Assembly (NCBI GenBank): GCA_017991515.1
Contig: JAGOQI010000004.1
Location: 1-60,809, forward strand
Length of the DNA: 60,809 nt
From: Minisyncoccota bacterium
GTDB lineage: Bacteria > Patescibacteriota > Minisyncoccia > Phycocordibacterales > UBA9973
Direction of reading: 5' to 3'
Part shown: piece by piece, positions 26,599-35,752 of the stretch
How the letters are laid out: each line of letters starts with the position of its first letter
Numbering within the stretch: position 1 is the first letter of the stretch
Notes under the pieces: generated by a model
Seen by the model: only the letters and a program-made list of their open reading frames with translations
The model's database searches: none
Told to the model about the DNA's origin: nothing
Made by a program: the position numbers and the translations under genes

Positions 26599-27195
26599 AT
26601 GTATACTTATTGTATGTTTACAGAACAAAAATTCCAAATAGGCCCTTTGGTGGGTATAAGCGAGAAAAATATCGAAGAGCACTTGAAGCTCTATAGTGGC
26701 TATGTAAAAAATGCTAATGCTGTTATAGAAAAAGTGGCAACACTAGATGGTGAAAAAGATGCTTATCTTGTTGGGGAAATGTTTCGACGATTTAGTTTCG
26801 AATACAACGGCATGAGAAATCATGAAATTTACTTTTCATTACTAGAAGGATCTCCGACTCCTCTTAATCCTGAAAGTGAACTAGGTAAAACACTTCTTGG
26901 GCTTTTCGGAAGTTATGAAAAGTTTGTACAAGAATTCACCTCTTTGGCTATGACTCGAGGTGTTGGCTGGGCTGTGCTTTGGTATGACAAAAAAGAAAAA
27001 AAGATACTGGCTTCTTGGGTAGATGAACAACACTTGGGACAGTTAAACGGGGCTGAAATGATATTTGCACTTGATATGTGGGAACACTCTTATGTCGTAG
27101 ACTATCAACCTTCTGGCAAGAAACAATATGTTGAGGATTTCTTTAAAAATGTGAACTGGGCTGTAGTGGAAAAATATTTCTTAGATGCTCAATAA
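26599..27195 (+). CDS. Fe/Mn superoxide dismutase family protein (divergent)
   Basis: EEHLKLYSGYVKN, NHEIYF, LDMWEHSYVVDY; the four canonical metal-ligand positions (H, H, D, H) appear to be present. Confidence 0.6.
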   Translation: MYTYCMFTEQKFQIGPLVGISEKNIEEHLKLYSGYVKNANAVIEKVATLDGEKDAYLVGEMFRRFSFEYNGMRNHEIYFSLLEGSPTPLNPESELGKTLLGLFGSYEKFVQEFTSLAMTRGVGWAVLWYDKKEKKILASWVDEQHLGQLNGAEMIFALDMWEHSYVVDYQPSGKKQYVEDFFKNVNWAVVEKYFLDAQ

Positions 27196-28603
27196 TTTGC
27201 TTACGAAAAATTAAACCGAGAAAAACAGTATAGAAAAGTGTTACACCCCAGCCCGAGACGGCTGGGGTTTGCCATTGTGGCAGTGTAGAAAAATAAGTCA
27301 GAACTTTTATGGAAATAACGCCGACAAAACTAGTAATAATACCGATAAAACTAGCTAGTGGAGAAACAAATGAAGTCACTATTGCTAACAATCCTCCAAG
27401 CATCAGTATCGGGATTATTGGTACCAAGAAAATATTGGCAATTGGTGAAACAAGAGGAAAAAGTCCTGAGAAGTACATCAGATATGGAAGCATGAAAACT
27501 GGGAGGCCTGTAGCCAGTATCAAAAGTTCTCGTAAGTTTAATTTGCCGGCAACAGGTATGAAAGAAAGTTTTTGATTGAGAAGGGGTAAAAAAGCAATAA
27601 TATAAAATGTAGCTAAGAAAGAGAGGTGAAAACCAGGATCAACAAATATAGTTTGTGGAGATAAGAAAAAGAAAAATAGAAATGAAACAAGAAGAGCTCG
27701 GAAAACATTATAAGTATTCAGCGACATACCAGCGACAAGAGCGATGCTTCCCATTATCCCCGCTCGTACTGCTGCCACACCCGCCCCACTAACCAAAACT
27801 AGAGAAACTATTCCACAAAATATAACTAGGGTTTTTATTTTATATGGAACTCTCCGAAACAAAAGACCTATGAACCCCGCCAAAACTGTAATGTTATAAC
27901 CAGATAAAACAAGAGTATGAAGCGTGCCTGTGTAACGGAAAATATCAGAGAGGTACTTCGGTATACCTCCTTGGAAACCAACAAGCATTCCAGAGACTAT
28001 GCCATCTACTGGAAAAGCGATATACGAAGAGATTTTTTCTGCGATAAAACTTCTAGCAATACTTGAAGCTCTAAGTATTTGCAAATAAATATTTTTGTCT
28101 TTTTCCTCGAGAGAAACGACTTTTGCATTTCTCATCAAGGCTTCAACTCCGCGACTAGCTAAATACTGATCATAATCAAAAGTCCGACCAGTCTCTGTCA
28201 GAAAGTCCTCTGGTAGTTCTACTTTGCCACGAAGTGAAACCTTGTCTCCAGGCAATAAATCTGTCTTTTCATAAAGAGTAGTTTGGATATCGATGTCTTG
28301 TTTATCTATTTTTACTGAAACAAGAGTTCTATCTAGTCTTTCGTCTACTACTTTAACAACTCCGGTTAGTGCTTGGTTACCTAAAGGGATTTCATATGTT
28401 GGAATAACCCAAAACCTCATCGCACCAAGTACAACTGCCCCTGCCAAAGCTATGCTGACCAAAACGGCTCTCCTATTTCTTAAAACTAAATAAAAAAATG
28501 CTCCATAAAAAGCACTTATTATGCAAATATTAAAAAGTGAAACATCAAAAACACTATACAAACTCGCCCCGACTATAAGACTGATACAAAACAGTATCAA
28601 CAT
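27143..28603 (-). CDS. comEC: ComEC/Rec2 DNA-uptake channel protein, lacking the MBL domain
   Basis: 486 aa; N-terminal TM helices plus an OB-like region, then a polytopic competence domain; ends without a beta-lactamase-fold domain. Confidence 0.75.
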   Translation of the reverse strand: MLILFCISLIVGASLYSVFDVSLFNICIISAFYGAFFYLVLRNRRAVLVSIALAGAVVLGAMRFWVIPTYEIPLGNQALTGVVKVVDERLDRTLVSVKIDKQDIDIQTTLYEKTDLLPGDKVSLRGKVELPEDFLTETGRTFDYDQYLASRGVEALMRNAKVVSLEEKDKNIYLQILRASSIARSFIAEKISSYIAFPVDGIVSGMLVGFQGGIPKYLSDIFRYTGTLHTLVLSGYNITVLAGFIGLLFRRVPYKIKTLVIFCGIVSLVLVSGAGVAAVRAGIMGSIALVAGMSLNTYNVFRALLVSFLFFFFLSPQTIFVDPGFHLSFLATFYIIAFLPLLNQKLSFIPVAGKLNLRELLILATGLPVFMLPYLMYFSGLFPLVSPIANIFLVPIIPILMLGGLLAIVTSFVSPLASFIGIITSFVGVISIKVLTYFSTLPQWQTPAVSGWGVTLFYTVFLGLIFRKQIIEHLRNIFPLQPSSHF

Positions 28604-28616
28604 AAGACAAGTATAC

Positions 28617-28657
28617 GAGGTTTGACCTCCCCACTCAAGATAGTGGGGAGGTTTGAC
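28617..28657. repeat. REP-like hairpin, copy 4 (CCTCCCCAC-N8-GTGGGGAGG) with a GAGGTTTGAC direct repeat on both sides
   Basis: arms 28626-28634 / 28643-28651; opposite orientation to copies 1-3. Confidence 0.85.
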
Positions 28658-28663
28658 AACTTT

Positions 28664-29293
28664 TTATTGAGGCTTTTTTACTCTCAAATATCCCAAAAAT
28701 AACAATACTACACCAGCAACAGCGACCCATATTTTAATATTATTAGGCAATCCTACAGAATATGACAAGGCAAGACAAAGTGGCAATGTTCCGACAAAAG
28801 TAGCAATAGTGTAAGATCTCAACTTCATATCAGTAAAAAGTCCTAGAGCATAGCTAACAAAGTCAACAGGTACAGCAATTCTAAATATAATGACTGCAAT
28901 AAAAAGATTATGGCTTGGTATACGGCCTTCAATCCATCTTAGTTGTTTGTCACTAATAAATTTGTTCACTACATTGCGACCGTATTTTTTTGAAATATTA
29001 AAAGCAATTATTGCCCCTATAGTCCATCCAATACTTGTTAAAACAGCAGTAAGAAACGGACCCCATAATGTTACAGCTAAAGGTAGAGCAGGTAATAAAG
29101 TCACTGGCCCCATTACAGTTGCCACTATAAGACCAAAGAGATATATCAAAACACCTAAAATAGGAAATTTTTTAATAAATGACTGCAAATACTCTGCATA
29201 AGTAGAACTAAGATAAGACATTAAAATAAATGCCCCTGTTACGGCAATTATTATCAATAAGCTTTTAATTTGATTTTTGTTCATTTTTATCAA
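28664..29293 (-). CDS. DedA / TVP38-TMEM64 family membrane protein
   Basis: 209 aa polytopic; GPVTLLPALPL ... FRIAVPVDFVSYALG resembles the SNARE-associated (DedA) domain. Confidence 0.6.
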   Translation of the reverse strand: MIKMNKNQIKSLLIIIAVTGAFILMSYLSSTYAEYLQSFIKKFPILGVLIYLFGLIVATVMGPVTLLPALPLAVTLWGPFLTAVLTSIGWTIGAIIAFNISKKYGRNVVNKFISDKQLRWIEGRIPSHNLFIAVIIFRIAVPVDFVSYALGLFTDMKLRSYTIATFVGTLPLCLALSYSVGLPNNIKIWVAVAGVVLLFLGYLRVKKPQ

Positions 29294-30012
29294 AGCAAAG
29301 TGCTTAGTGTATAGTCCTGCACCAAACCTGTCTCTTCTGCTTTGGAAAAAACTTTTTTATACTTTGCGCCTTTTGTACCATTCACCCTCTTTTCACATTG
29401 TGCCCAAGTTTTATCGGCATAGACCTTACCACCAACAAGTGAAACATAAGAATAAGCTGGTCCAGAATTTTTAGATTTTGATGAAGATTTTTTAACTTCT
29501 GACTTTGGAGGATTTTCTTCGAGATAAGTTTTGTAATCTTTTAGAGAACCTTTGAAAGATTTTATTTTTTCAGAAAGTGCGGACTTTACTGCCAATTCAT
29601 CACACCTATCGTTATATATGTGACCACTGTGTCCTTCTACTTTATTTAGTTTCAAGTGTCTCCCAAGTTCATCGCGAAGTCGCAACAGTTTTTGCCATTG
29701 AGATTTGTTTTCTACTGGTTTTTTAGTAGTGGTTATCCAGCCATTTCTAACCCAGCCATCAAGCCAGCTTTCTATCCCTTTCAAAACATAAGTGGAGTCA
29801 GCATGTAGTTCTACTGTATAGCCTGCAAAATGCGACACTGCATAATCCAAACCTTTGATAACAGCCTCCAGCTCCATTTGATTGTTAGTAGCTGGGTTTT
29901 GTGCCCCAGCAAGCTCTATAACCTTACTATCTGTCATAAGTACTGCTCCCCATCCTCCTGGTCCAGGATTGCCTCTCGATGCTCCATCTGTATAAATAGT
30001 AAGTATTTTCAT
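29290..30012 (-). CDS. rnhA: ribonuclease HI fused to a C-terminal hybrid-binding (Cauli_VI-like) domain
   Basis: N-terminal part: YTDGASRGNPGPGGWG, NNQMELEA, DSTYV, HSGHIYNDRCDELA. C-terminal part: YSYVSLVGGKVYADKTWAQCEKRVNGTKGAKYKKVFSKAEE. Confidence 0.85.
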   Translation of the reverse strand: MKILTIYTDGASRGNPGPGGWGAVLMTDSKVIELAGAQNPATNNQMELEAVIKGLDYAVSHFAGYTVELHADSTYVLKGIESWLDGWVRNGWITTTKKPVENKSQWQKLLRLRDELGRHLKLNKVEGHSGHIYNDRCDELAVKSALSEKIKSFKGSLKDYKTYLEENPPKSEVKKSSSKSKNSGPAYSYVSLVGGKVYADKTWAQCEKRVNGTKGAKYKKVFSKAEETGLVQDYTLSTLL

Positions 30013-30019
30013 ACTTGTA

Positions 30020-31660
30020 TTATACCAAACCTTGGATTCTCACTCGGACTCCCCCTCTCCAACCTGCTTCAAGTGTTCCGGTAAATGAAACAATCGCTCC
30101 TGTAACCATTTTTTCTTTCATATCAGAGTCTGTAAAAAAGTTAAAAGCTGTAGCCTTGCCGAAAGCGTCTTCCAAGTTACATTCTAAATGTTCTTTGTTT
30201 TTACCAAACATCTTTGTGCTAACAATTTTCACATTTTCAAATAAAAATAATGGTTGAGTATTTCCTACTCCAAATGGCGCTAAGACTCGAACTTTTTGTA
30301 AATGTCTGACTGAAACAATACCCAAATTCATAGATATAGCATCAGTATTTTTCTGCTCTTGTGCAACATGTTCTACGCTTCCAATAGCTTTATTTAATTC
30401 TTCTTCTAAAAAATGTATTTTTTCTTTCTCTACAGCAAATCCTCCGGCTGCTTGGTGTCCACCAGCGTGTAGTAGCACTCCCTCAGGCAAAGCTTGAAAA
30501 ATATATGCGGCATGATGTTCGTCTAGCATGCGACATGAACCCTTGATAAATCCGTCACCACTCTCTCCCCAAACAAAAAAACTTCTGTTATATGCTTCCT
30601 GTAACTTATTTGCTACCAACCCTAGTACTGCCGGCCTCCAAGATAAATCCCCTAGCACCACTATCGCTGGTAACTCTCTGGTATCTAGTTTTTTGTGCGA
30701 CTCTTTTACGATACGAGCTACCAAAACTTTTCTTTCATTATTTATCTTTTCTAAATTCTTAACTATAGCCAAAGCTTTATTTCTATCATCGGTAGATAGA
30801 AGTTCAAATGCCAACATTGGGGTATCCATACGAGAAGCGGCATTAAGGCGAGGTGCGACAGTAAATGTAAGATCTGTCTCGGTCAAAGTTTCTGGATCCA
30901 TGCGTTGCTCTGCAAAGAGAGTTCGGAGTCCCACTCTGCGAGTTTTTTTCATAACCATCATTCCAAAACTTGCCAGCATTCTATTTTCTCCTATTAACGG
31001 CACCATATCAGATAATGTGGCAAAACCTACCATATCAAGTAGCCATTTCTCCCAACCTTCTTTTGCACCAAACTTCTCTCTATGTTTTTCTAAAAATGCA
31101 CAAACTAAATAAAATGCCATAGTAGCACCACATGGATCTTGGTTTGGATAAGTCCCTTTTTTCGGATGAACTACAGCTAATGCTGCTGGGTACTGCACTA
31201 GTGGCGCATGATGATCTGTAACAATAATATCTATCTCTCGACTTCGAGCATCAGCAACTTGGGCGATAGCGGTAATACCAAGATCAACAGTAATGATGAG
31301 TGAAACACCTTTTTCTTCTAATACATCAATACCTAAAGTACTCAGTCCATACCCTTCATCATGTCTATCTGGAATATAAACATGAACATTTTCTATATAT
31401 CCAATAGCTTTAAAAAAGTCTACCAATATCACCGCACCAGGAATACCGTCACAGTCGTAGTCAGAGTAAATACCTATTTGCTCACCGTCTTTTATAGCTT
31501 TATATATTCTATTTACAGCTATTTCCATATCTTCAAACAAAAACAAATCTCCTATTTTATATTCAGGAAATAAGAAACTTTTTTGGTCTGTTTCAGATAG
31601 ATTTAATCTATCTAAGAGTATTTTCTGTAACTGGTCCGGAGTTGGAGTGGTAGGCGTCAT
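30020..31660 (-). CDS. recJ: single-stranded-DNA-specific exonuclease RecJ
   Basis: DHH family motifs: DYDCDG, VTDHH, GGHQAAGG (DHHA1). Confidence 0.9.
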   Translation of the reverse strand: MTPTTPTPDQLQKILLDRLNLSETDQKSFLFPEYKIGDLFLFEDMEIAVNRIYKAIKDGEQIGIYSDYDCDGIPGAVILVDFFKAIGYIENVHVYIPDRHDEGYGLSTLGIDVLEEKGVSLIITVDLGITAIAQVADARSREIDIIVTDHHAPLVQYPAALAVVHPKKGTYPNQDPCGATMAFYLVCAFLEKHREKFGAKEGWEKWLLDMVGFATLSDMVPLIGENRMLASFGMMVMKKTRRVGLRTLFAEQRMDPETLTETDLTFTVAPRLNAASRMDTPMLAFELLSTDDRNKALAIVKNLEKINNERKVLVARIVKESHKKLDTRELPAIVVLGDLSWRPAVLGLVANKLQEAYNRSFFVWGESGDGFIKGSCRMLDEHHAAYIFQALPEGVLLHAGGHQAAGGFAVEKEKIHFLEEELNKAIGSVEHVAQEQKNTDAISMNLGIVSVRHLQKVRVLAPFGVGNTQPLFLFENVKIVSTKMFGKNKEHLECNLEDAFGKATAFNFFTDSDMKEKMVTGAIVSFTGTLEAGWRGGVRVRIQGLV

Positions 31661-31667
31661 GATAAAG

Positions 31668-31676
31668 ATTGTAACA
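31668..31676 (-). promoter_or_regulatory. extended -10 box (TGtTACAAT), 7 nt upstream of the recJ ATG
   Basis: minus strand TGTTACAAT-ctttatc-ATG. Confidence 0.55.
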
Positions 31677-31685
31677 TGTTAGAAT
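31677..31685 (+). promoter_or_regulatory. extended -10 box (TGtTAGAAT), 7 nt upstream of the HIT gene ATG
   Basis: TGTTAGAAT-aatagta-ATG; lies back-to-back with the recJ box. Confidence 0.55.
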
Positions 31686-31692
31686 AATAGTA

Positions 31693-32100
31693 ATGGAAAA
31701 CGACACAGTATTTGGCAAGATCATAAGAGGAGAAATCCCTGCAACGAAGGTTTATGAAAATGAAAAGTTTCTGGCTTTTTTAGATATAAATCCAGTAGCA
31801 AAAGGCCATACACTACTAATACCAAAAGAAAAATATACCTGGATACATGATGTACCAAATGAATTGCTGGCAGAGAGCTTTATAAAAGCAAAAGAAATAA
31901 TACTAGCCATGAAAGATGGTATACCTTGTGACTATGTTCAAATTGGTGTTGTGGGAAATGAAGTACCTCATTTCCATATTCACTTAATACCAAGAAGTTT
32001 ATCTGAGGAAGTACTACAAACAAATAGACCCCATATGCCTTACAGAGACAACAAAGAAGCTAGTTTATTTGCTAACAAAATAAAAGAAGTTTTGAAATAA
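31693..32100 (+). CDS. HIT-family nucleotide hydrolase (HinT-like)
   Basis: FGKIIRGEIP, histidine triad HFHIHLIP. Confidence 0.9.
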   Translation: MENDTVFGKIIRGEIPATKVYENEKFLAFLDINPVAKGHTLLIPKEKYTWIHDVPNELLAESFIKAKEIILAMKDGIPCDYVQIGVVGNEVPHFHIHLIPRSLSEEVLQTNRPHMPYRDNKEASLFANKIKEVLK

Positions 32101-32187
32101 AAAAACCCGCCAAATAAAAGACGGGTCGTATGAAGAAGAGTAAGGGATTATCTAAAATAAAGAACTTGAAGGATTGAGGAAAAAATA

Positions 32188-32218
32188 GGAGCTGGGTAGA
32201 AACCCTGCTCCGTTTTTT
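32188..32218 (+). terminator. rho-independent terminator, probable end of the HIT transcript
   Basis: GGAGCTGGG-TAGAAA-CCCTGCTCC followed by GTTTTTT. Confidence 0.6.
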
Positions 32219-32264
32219 ATATCCAATATCCTATGAAAAACCAGAGAGAATGTAACACGACTTT

Positions 32265-32300
32265 AAAATAAATGCAATAAAGACCCTGCTTAGGGTCTTT
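32265..32300 (-). terminator. terminator hairpin after pgk
   Basis: minus strand AAGACCCT-AAGC-AGGGTCTT followed by TATTGCATTTATTTT. Confidence 0.55.
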
Positions 32301-32341
32301 ACGGGGTACTTTCACTAAACCTTATTGGTTTTTCTTATTTT

Positions 32342-33478
32342 CTATTTTAAACATTGTATACCAGGAAGAGTACCGGTTGCAAGATAGTCTAGTGTTGCAC
32401 CTCCACCAGTAGAGACGAAAATATTAGCTTTTTTATCAGCTATCTTTTGAACTAAAGCACCTGTGTCTCCCCCACCTATAACGGATAATCCTTTACTTGC
32501 TACCATAGCTTTTGCCAAAGTATTTGTTGCTGAAGTGAAACCTCCTTCATACCAACCAGTTGGTCCATTCCAAACTATAACTTTAGCTTTTTTAATTTTC
32601 TCAACAATCATCTTAGCAGTTTCTGATCCTATATCTACTATTTTGTCTCTCCTACCTACATCTCCTAGTGTTAAAGTCTTACTATTTTTACCATGTAAAA
32701 CAACAACATCTACAGGGAGTAAAAGTTTTGGTGAAGAGAATAATTTTTTGATTTCTTTTTCATAGCCATTTTCAACAACAGAAACTCCTACTTCGAAACC
32801 ACCAGTTTTCAAAAAGGAGTTAGCAATAGCTCCCGTTATAACAACCTGATCAGCAGTTTCAATAAATCTATTTAAAAGAGGTATTTTTGTAGAAAACTTT
32901 GCTCCGCCTAATATAAATAAAAATGGGTGCTTTTTATTATCTAATAATTTAGAAAGGATTTTTATTTCTTTTTCTAATTGTAACCCAGCAAAAGCAGGTA
33001 AGTATTTTGTAATACCGACAACACTGGCATGTTTTCTATGAGAGACAGAGAAAGCATCGTTTATAAAAACATCAGCATAAGAAGCTAAAAGCCTAGAGAA
33101 CTTTGGATCATTTTTTTCTTCTCCTTCGTATCGACGAATATTATCGAAAAGTACAACTGTATCTTGTGGTAAATCTTCAATAACCTTCTTTACTTTTTCT
33201 GTTTGTAAAATATTCTCAGTGATAAACTTTATTGAAAAATGCTTTGCTAAATAAGTAGCTATTGGTCTTAAAGAAGCCCTATTGTCACCCATATGTGCAA
33301 CCAGTAAAACTTGCATACCTTTTTTCTGAAGAGCTCGGATAGTATCAAAAGATACATCTATGCGTTTAGTATCAAGTATCTTAGTTCCTTTCATTGGAAC
33401 ATTAAAATCTACCCTTACCAAGGCTCTTGTGTCTTTTATTTTTTTTATGTTTTTAATTGTTTTCATTTTAAGAAACAA
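32342..33478 (-). CDS. pgk: phosphoglycerate kinase
   Basis: 378 aa; VRVDFNVP, FILGGAKFSTKI, VWNGP.G, GGGDT. Confidence 0.92.
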   Translation of the reverse strand: MFLKMKTIKNIKKIKDTRALVRVDFNVPMKGTKILDTKRIDVSFDTIRALQKKGMQVLLVAHMGDNRASLRPIATYLAKHFSIKFITENILQTEKVKKVIEDLPQDTVVLFDNIRRYEGEEKNDPKFSRLLASYADVFINDAFSVSHRKHASVVGITKYLPAFAGLQLEKEIKILSKLLDNKKHPFLFILGGAKFSTKIPLLNRFIETADQVVITGAIANSFLKTGGFEVGVSVVENGYEKEIKKLFSSPKLLLPVDVVVLHGKNSKTLTLGDVGRRDKIVDIGSETAKMIVEKIKKAKVIVWNGPTGWYEGGFTSATNTLAKAMVASKGLSVIGGGDTGALVQKIADKKANIFVSTGGGATLDYLATGTLPGIQCLK

Positions 33479-34229
33479 GAGAAAGAGTTTTTGCTAATAA
33501 ACCAAATCTCTTTGCATCTAAACTTATGCGTCCAACCAAAAGACCGTTTGCTCCTCCTTCTATTACAAAAGAAGATCCATTTTGCTCATTAACAGAACCA
33601 CCATATAAAATTTTAACTTCTCCTGCTACTTTTGCATCAACATTATCAGCGATAACCTTGCGAATAAATATAAGCATTTCACGACATTCAACTGCTGTTG
33701 CTTCTCGAGCGGCATTTTTTCCTATTGCCCAAATAGGTTCATAAGCAAAAACTATTTTTTTTAATTGAGCTTTTGGAATATTAGTAATAATACTCTCTAT
33801 CTGACTTTTAACAGTACTTAGGTACCAACCATGACTATCTCTTTGTTTCTCACCTATACAGACAACTGGAACAATCTTTTTTTGTAAAAGAAGTATTGTA
33901 GAAGCTAAAACCTGTTCATCTGTTTCTCCTCGCTCTCTTGATTCTGAATGTCCTACTAAACAATATTTTGCACCATATGACGCCAACATTTCTGAACTTA
34001 TGAGACCTGTTTGAGCATTTTCTAAACTTGGAGCTATGGATTGTCCTCCAAAATAAAGAGTGTTTTTAATACTTTTTGTTAAAAATGGCAAATGAATACT
34101 CGGAGAACAAACAATGGTATTTATTGTTTTTTTATATTTACGAGCTATTTCTAGTGTTTTTTTGCCAAGAGTTAGTGCTTCTGAGGGCTTCTTTGGTGCC
34201 ATTTTCCAGTTTCCTATCAGTAATATCAT
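33468..34229 (-). CDS. tpiA: triosephosphate isomerase
   Basis: IGNWKM, VGHSESR, AYEPIWAIG, YGGSV. Confidence 0.92.
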   Translation of the reverse strand: MILLIGNWKMAPKKPSEALTLGKKTLEIARKYKKTINTIVCSPSIHLPFLTKSIKNTLYFGGQSIAPSLENAQTGLISSEMLASYGAKYCLVGHSESRERGETDEQVLASTILLLQKKIVPVVCIGEKQRDSHGWYLSTVKSQIESIITNIPKAQLKKIVFAYEPIWAIGKNAAREATAVECREMLIFIRKVIADNVDAKVAGEVKILYGGSVNEQNGSSFVIEGGANGLLVGRISLDAKRFGLLAKTLSLVS

Positions 34230-34257
34230 TTGGATATTATATCACACGAACAAAAAG

Positions 34258-35751
34258 CTAATTTTCTAATTCCTCCCAAAGAATTATTTGATATTTATCT
34301 GAAGCCAAGGGAAAGTTTGGTGGTGGAGCATAAAGAAGATTTGTATCATAATTAATAATACGATTTTCATACCCTGTATCATCTGTATAAGCAAAACCAT
34401 ATCTTAAATTTGTAGCAATCATACCAAAGAGGGTTACGCTGTTTCTATAAACAGTTGAACCACATTTATTTGTTCCAGCACCATTTGTTGGGGGAAGATA
34501 ATAATGTCTACCTACTCGTCCATTTTGAGCTATTAAAGCTGCATCTATTTGAAAAGTATCTGCTGAAAATAGACCTATATTTATATCATCTTGAGCAATA
34601 AGAGCAATAACATCACTACCGTTGTAGTTTGTATATCTTAGAGCATTATTTATGGTAATACTTTTACGCAAACTAGAATTATCTGGGAAACGAGCGGCGG
34701 CTATAGTAACACGAGCGGTGTTTATAGTTCCTTCTACCCAAATATGATCTTCTGCAAAAATAAGGCCATTAGCAGGGATAGCGTAATTTGCAATAAAAGT
34801 CTTATTTCCAATACTCCATGTACCCCAATTTGTATCAGTCCCCACATTTGAACAACCACTTGGAGCTGCTGCTAGGCTGGTAACTCGATACAAATCAAAA
34901 GTATCATTTGTCTTAAGAATTATCTGATAACCTTGATATCCAGAAGATGCAAAATATCTTCCACTTGCAATAGCTTGCGCTTTGATAGTTGCTAAATCAT
35001 TAGTTATACCTGTAAAGTCTGCAGCTGGTACAGGGAATTCTCTACCTGCTTTAAAAACATCACTTCGATTTGGAACACTTGACGGAGGTGCTTCACCTGG
35101 CCGATAAGAATCATTCACTGTAGTTGATCCAGAATTAACATGAGTATGAACACCAAATTCATTACTCCCTGTATGATCAGGATCGCTATAGCTTGTTTTA
35201 GAGCTTGTTATTTTATTCCAAATAACACCATCAAAACGAATTCCACCATTTGAATGAATTGGTCCATACACAACAGTTCCTTCACCAAAACGCATATCGG
35301 AATTTGCTAACACTGAATATTTTGCCAAAGAAGGTATAGCTAAGTGAACATTAATACTACGAGTTGCTGTTGGGTCAATCAAAGTTGCTCCTTTAGATTT
35401 TATTTTTACGAGAGTTGATCCTGATAAAGGAGGAGTTACTGTGAGTGTGTAAGAACCTATTTGATTACCATCTTTATCATTAAATGGATACACATATGGA
35501 CCAGCGCCTACATTACCTAAAGTATAACCAGTTTGATAATGAGCTAAATACCATCGCGCATATTCGATACCAGCTTCTGCAATTTGCAAAGAAACTTCAC
35601 GAGATTGGATTTTTCTAGAAAGCCTGCCGCTAGCTGCTGCCCAAGAAATAACAGCAGTAATAGTTAAAATACTTATAGCTGCAAAAATCATAACCCCAAT
35701 AAGAAGAAAACCTTTTTGTTTAGAATTATTTTTTGTCTTAAAAATGTTCAT
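34258..35751 (-). CDS. PilX-like / minor-pilin-associated large secreted protein
   Basis: 497 aa; N-terminal KGFLLIGVMIFAAISIL hydrophobic segment without Glu+5, followed by a Ser/Thr/Asn/Gly-rich beta-type region; last gene of the pilus operon. Confidence 0.5.
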   Translation of the reverse strand: MNIFKTKNNSKQKGFLLIGVMIFAAISILTITAVISWAAASGRLSRKIQSREVSLQIAEAGIEYARWYLAHYQTGYTLGNVGAGPYVYPFNDKDGNQIGSYTLTVTPPLSGSTLVKIKSKGATLIDPTATRSINVHLAIPSLAKYSVLANSDMRFGEGTVVYGPIHSNGGIRFDGVIWNKITSSKTSYSDPDHTGSNEFGVHTHVNSGSTTVNDSYRPGEAPPSSVPNRSDVFKAGREFPVPAADFTGITNDLATIKAQAIASGRYFASSGYQGYQIILKTNDTFDLYRVTSLAAAPSGCSNVGTDTNWGTWSIGNKTFIANYAIPANGLIFAEDHIWVEGTINTARVTIAAARFPDNSSLRKSITINNALRYTNYNGSDVIALIAQDDINIGLFSADTFQIDAALIAQNGRVGRHYYLPPTNGAGTNKCGSTVYRNSVTLFGMIATNLRYGFAYTDDTGYENRIINYDTNLLYAPPPNFPLASDKYQIILWEELEN

Positions 35752-35752
35752 A

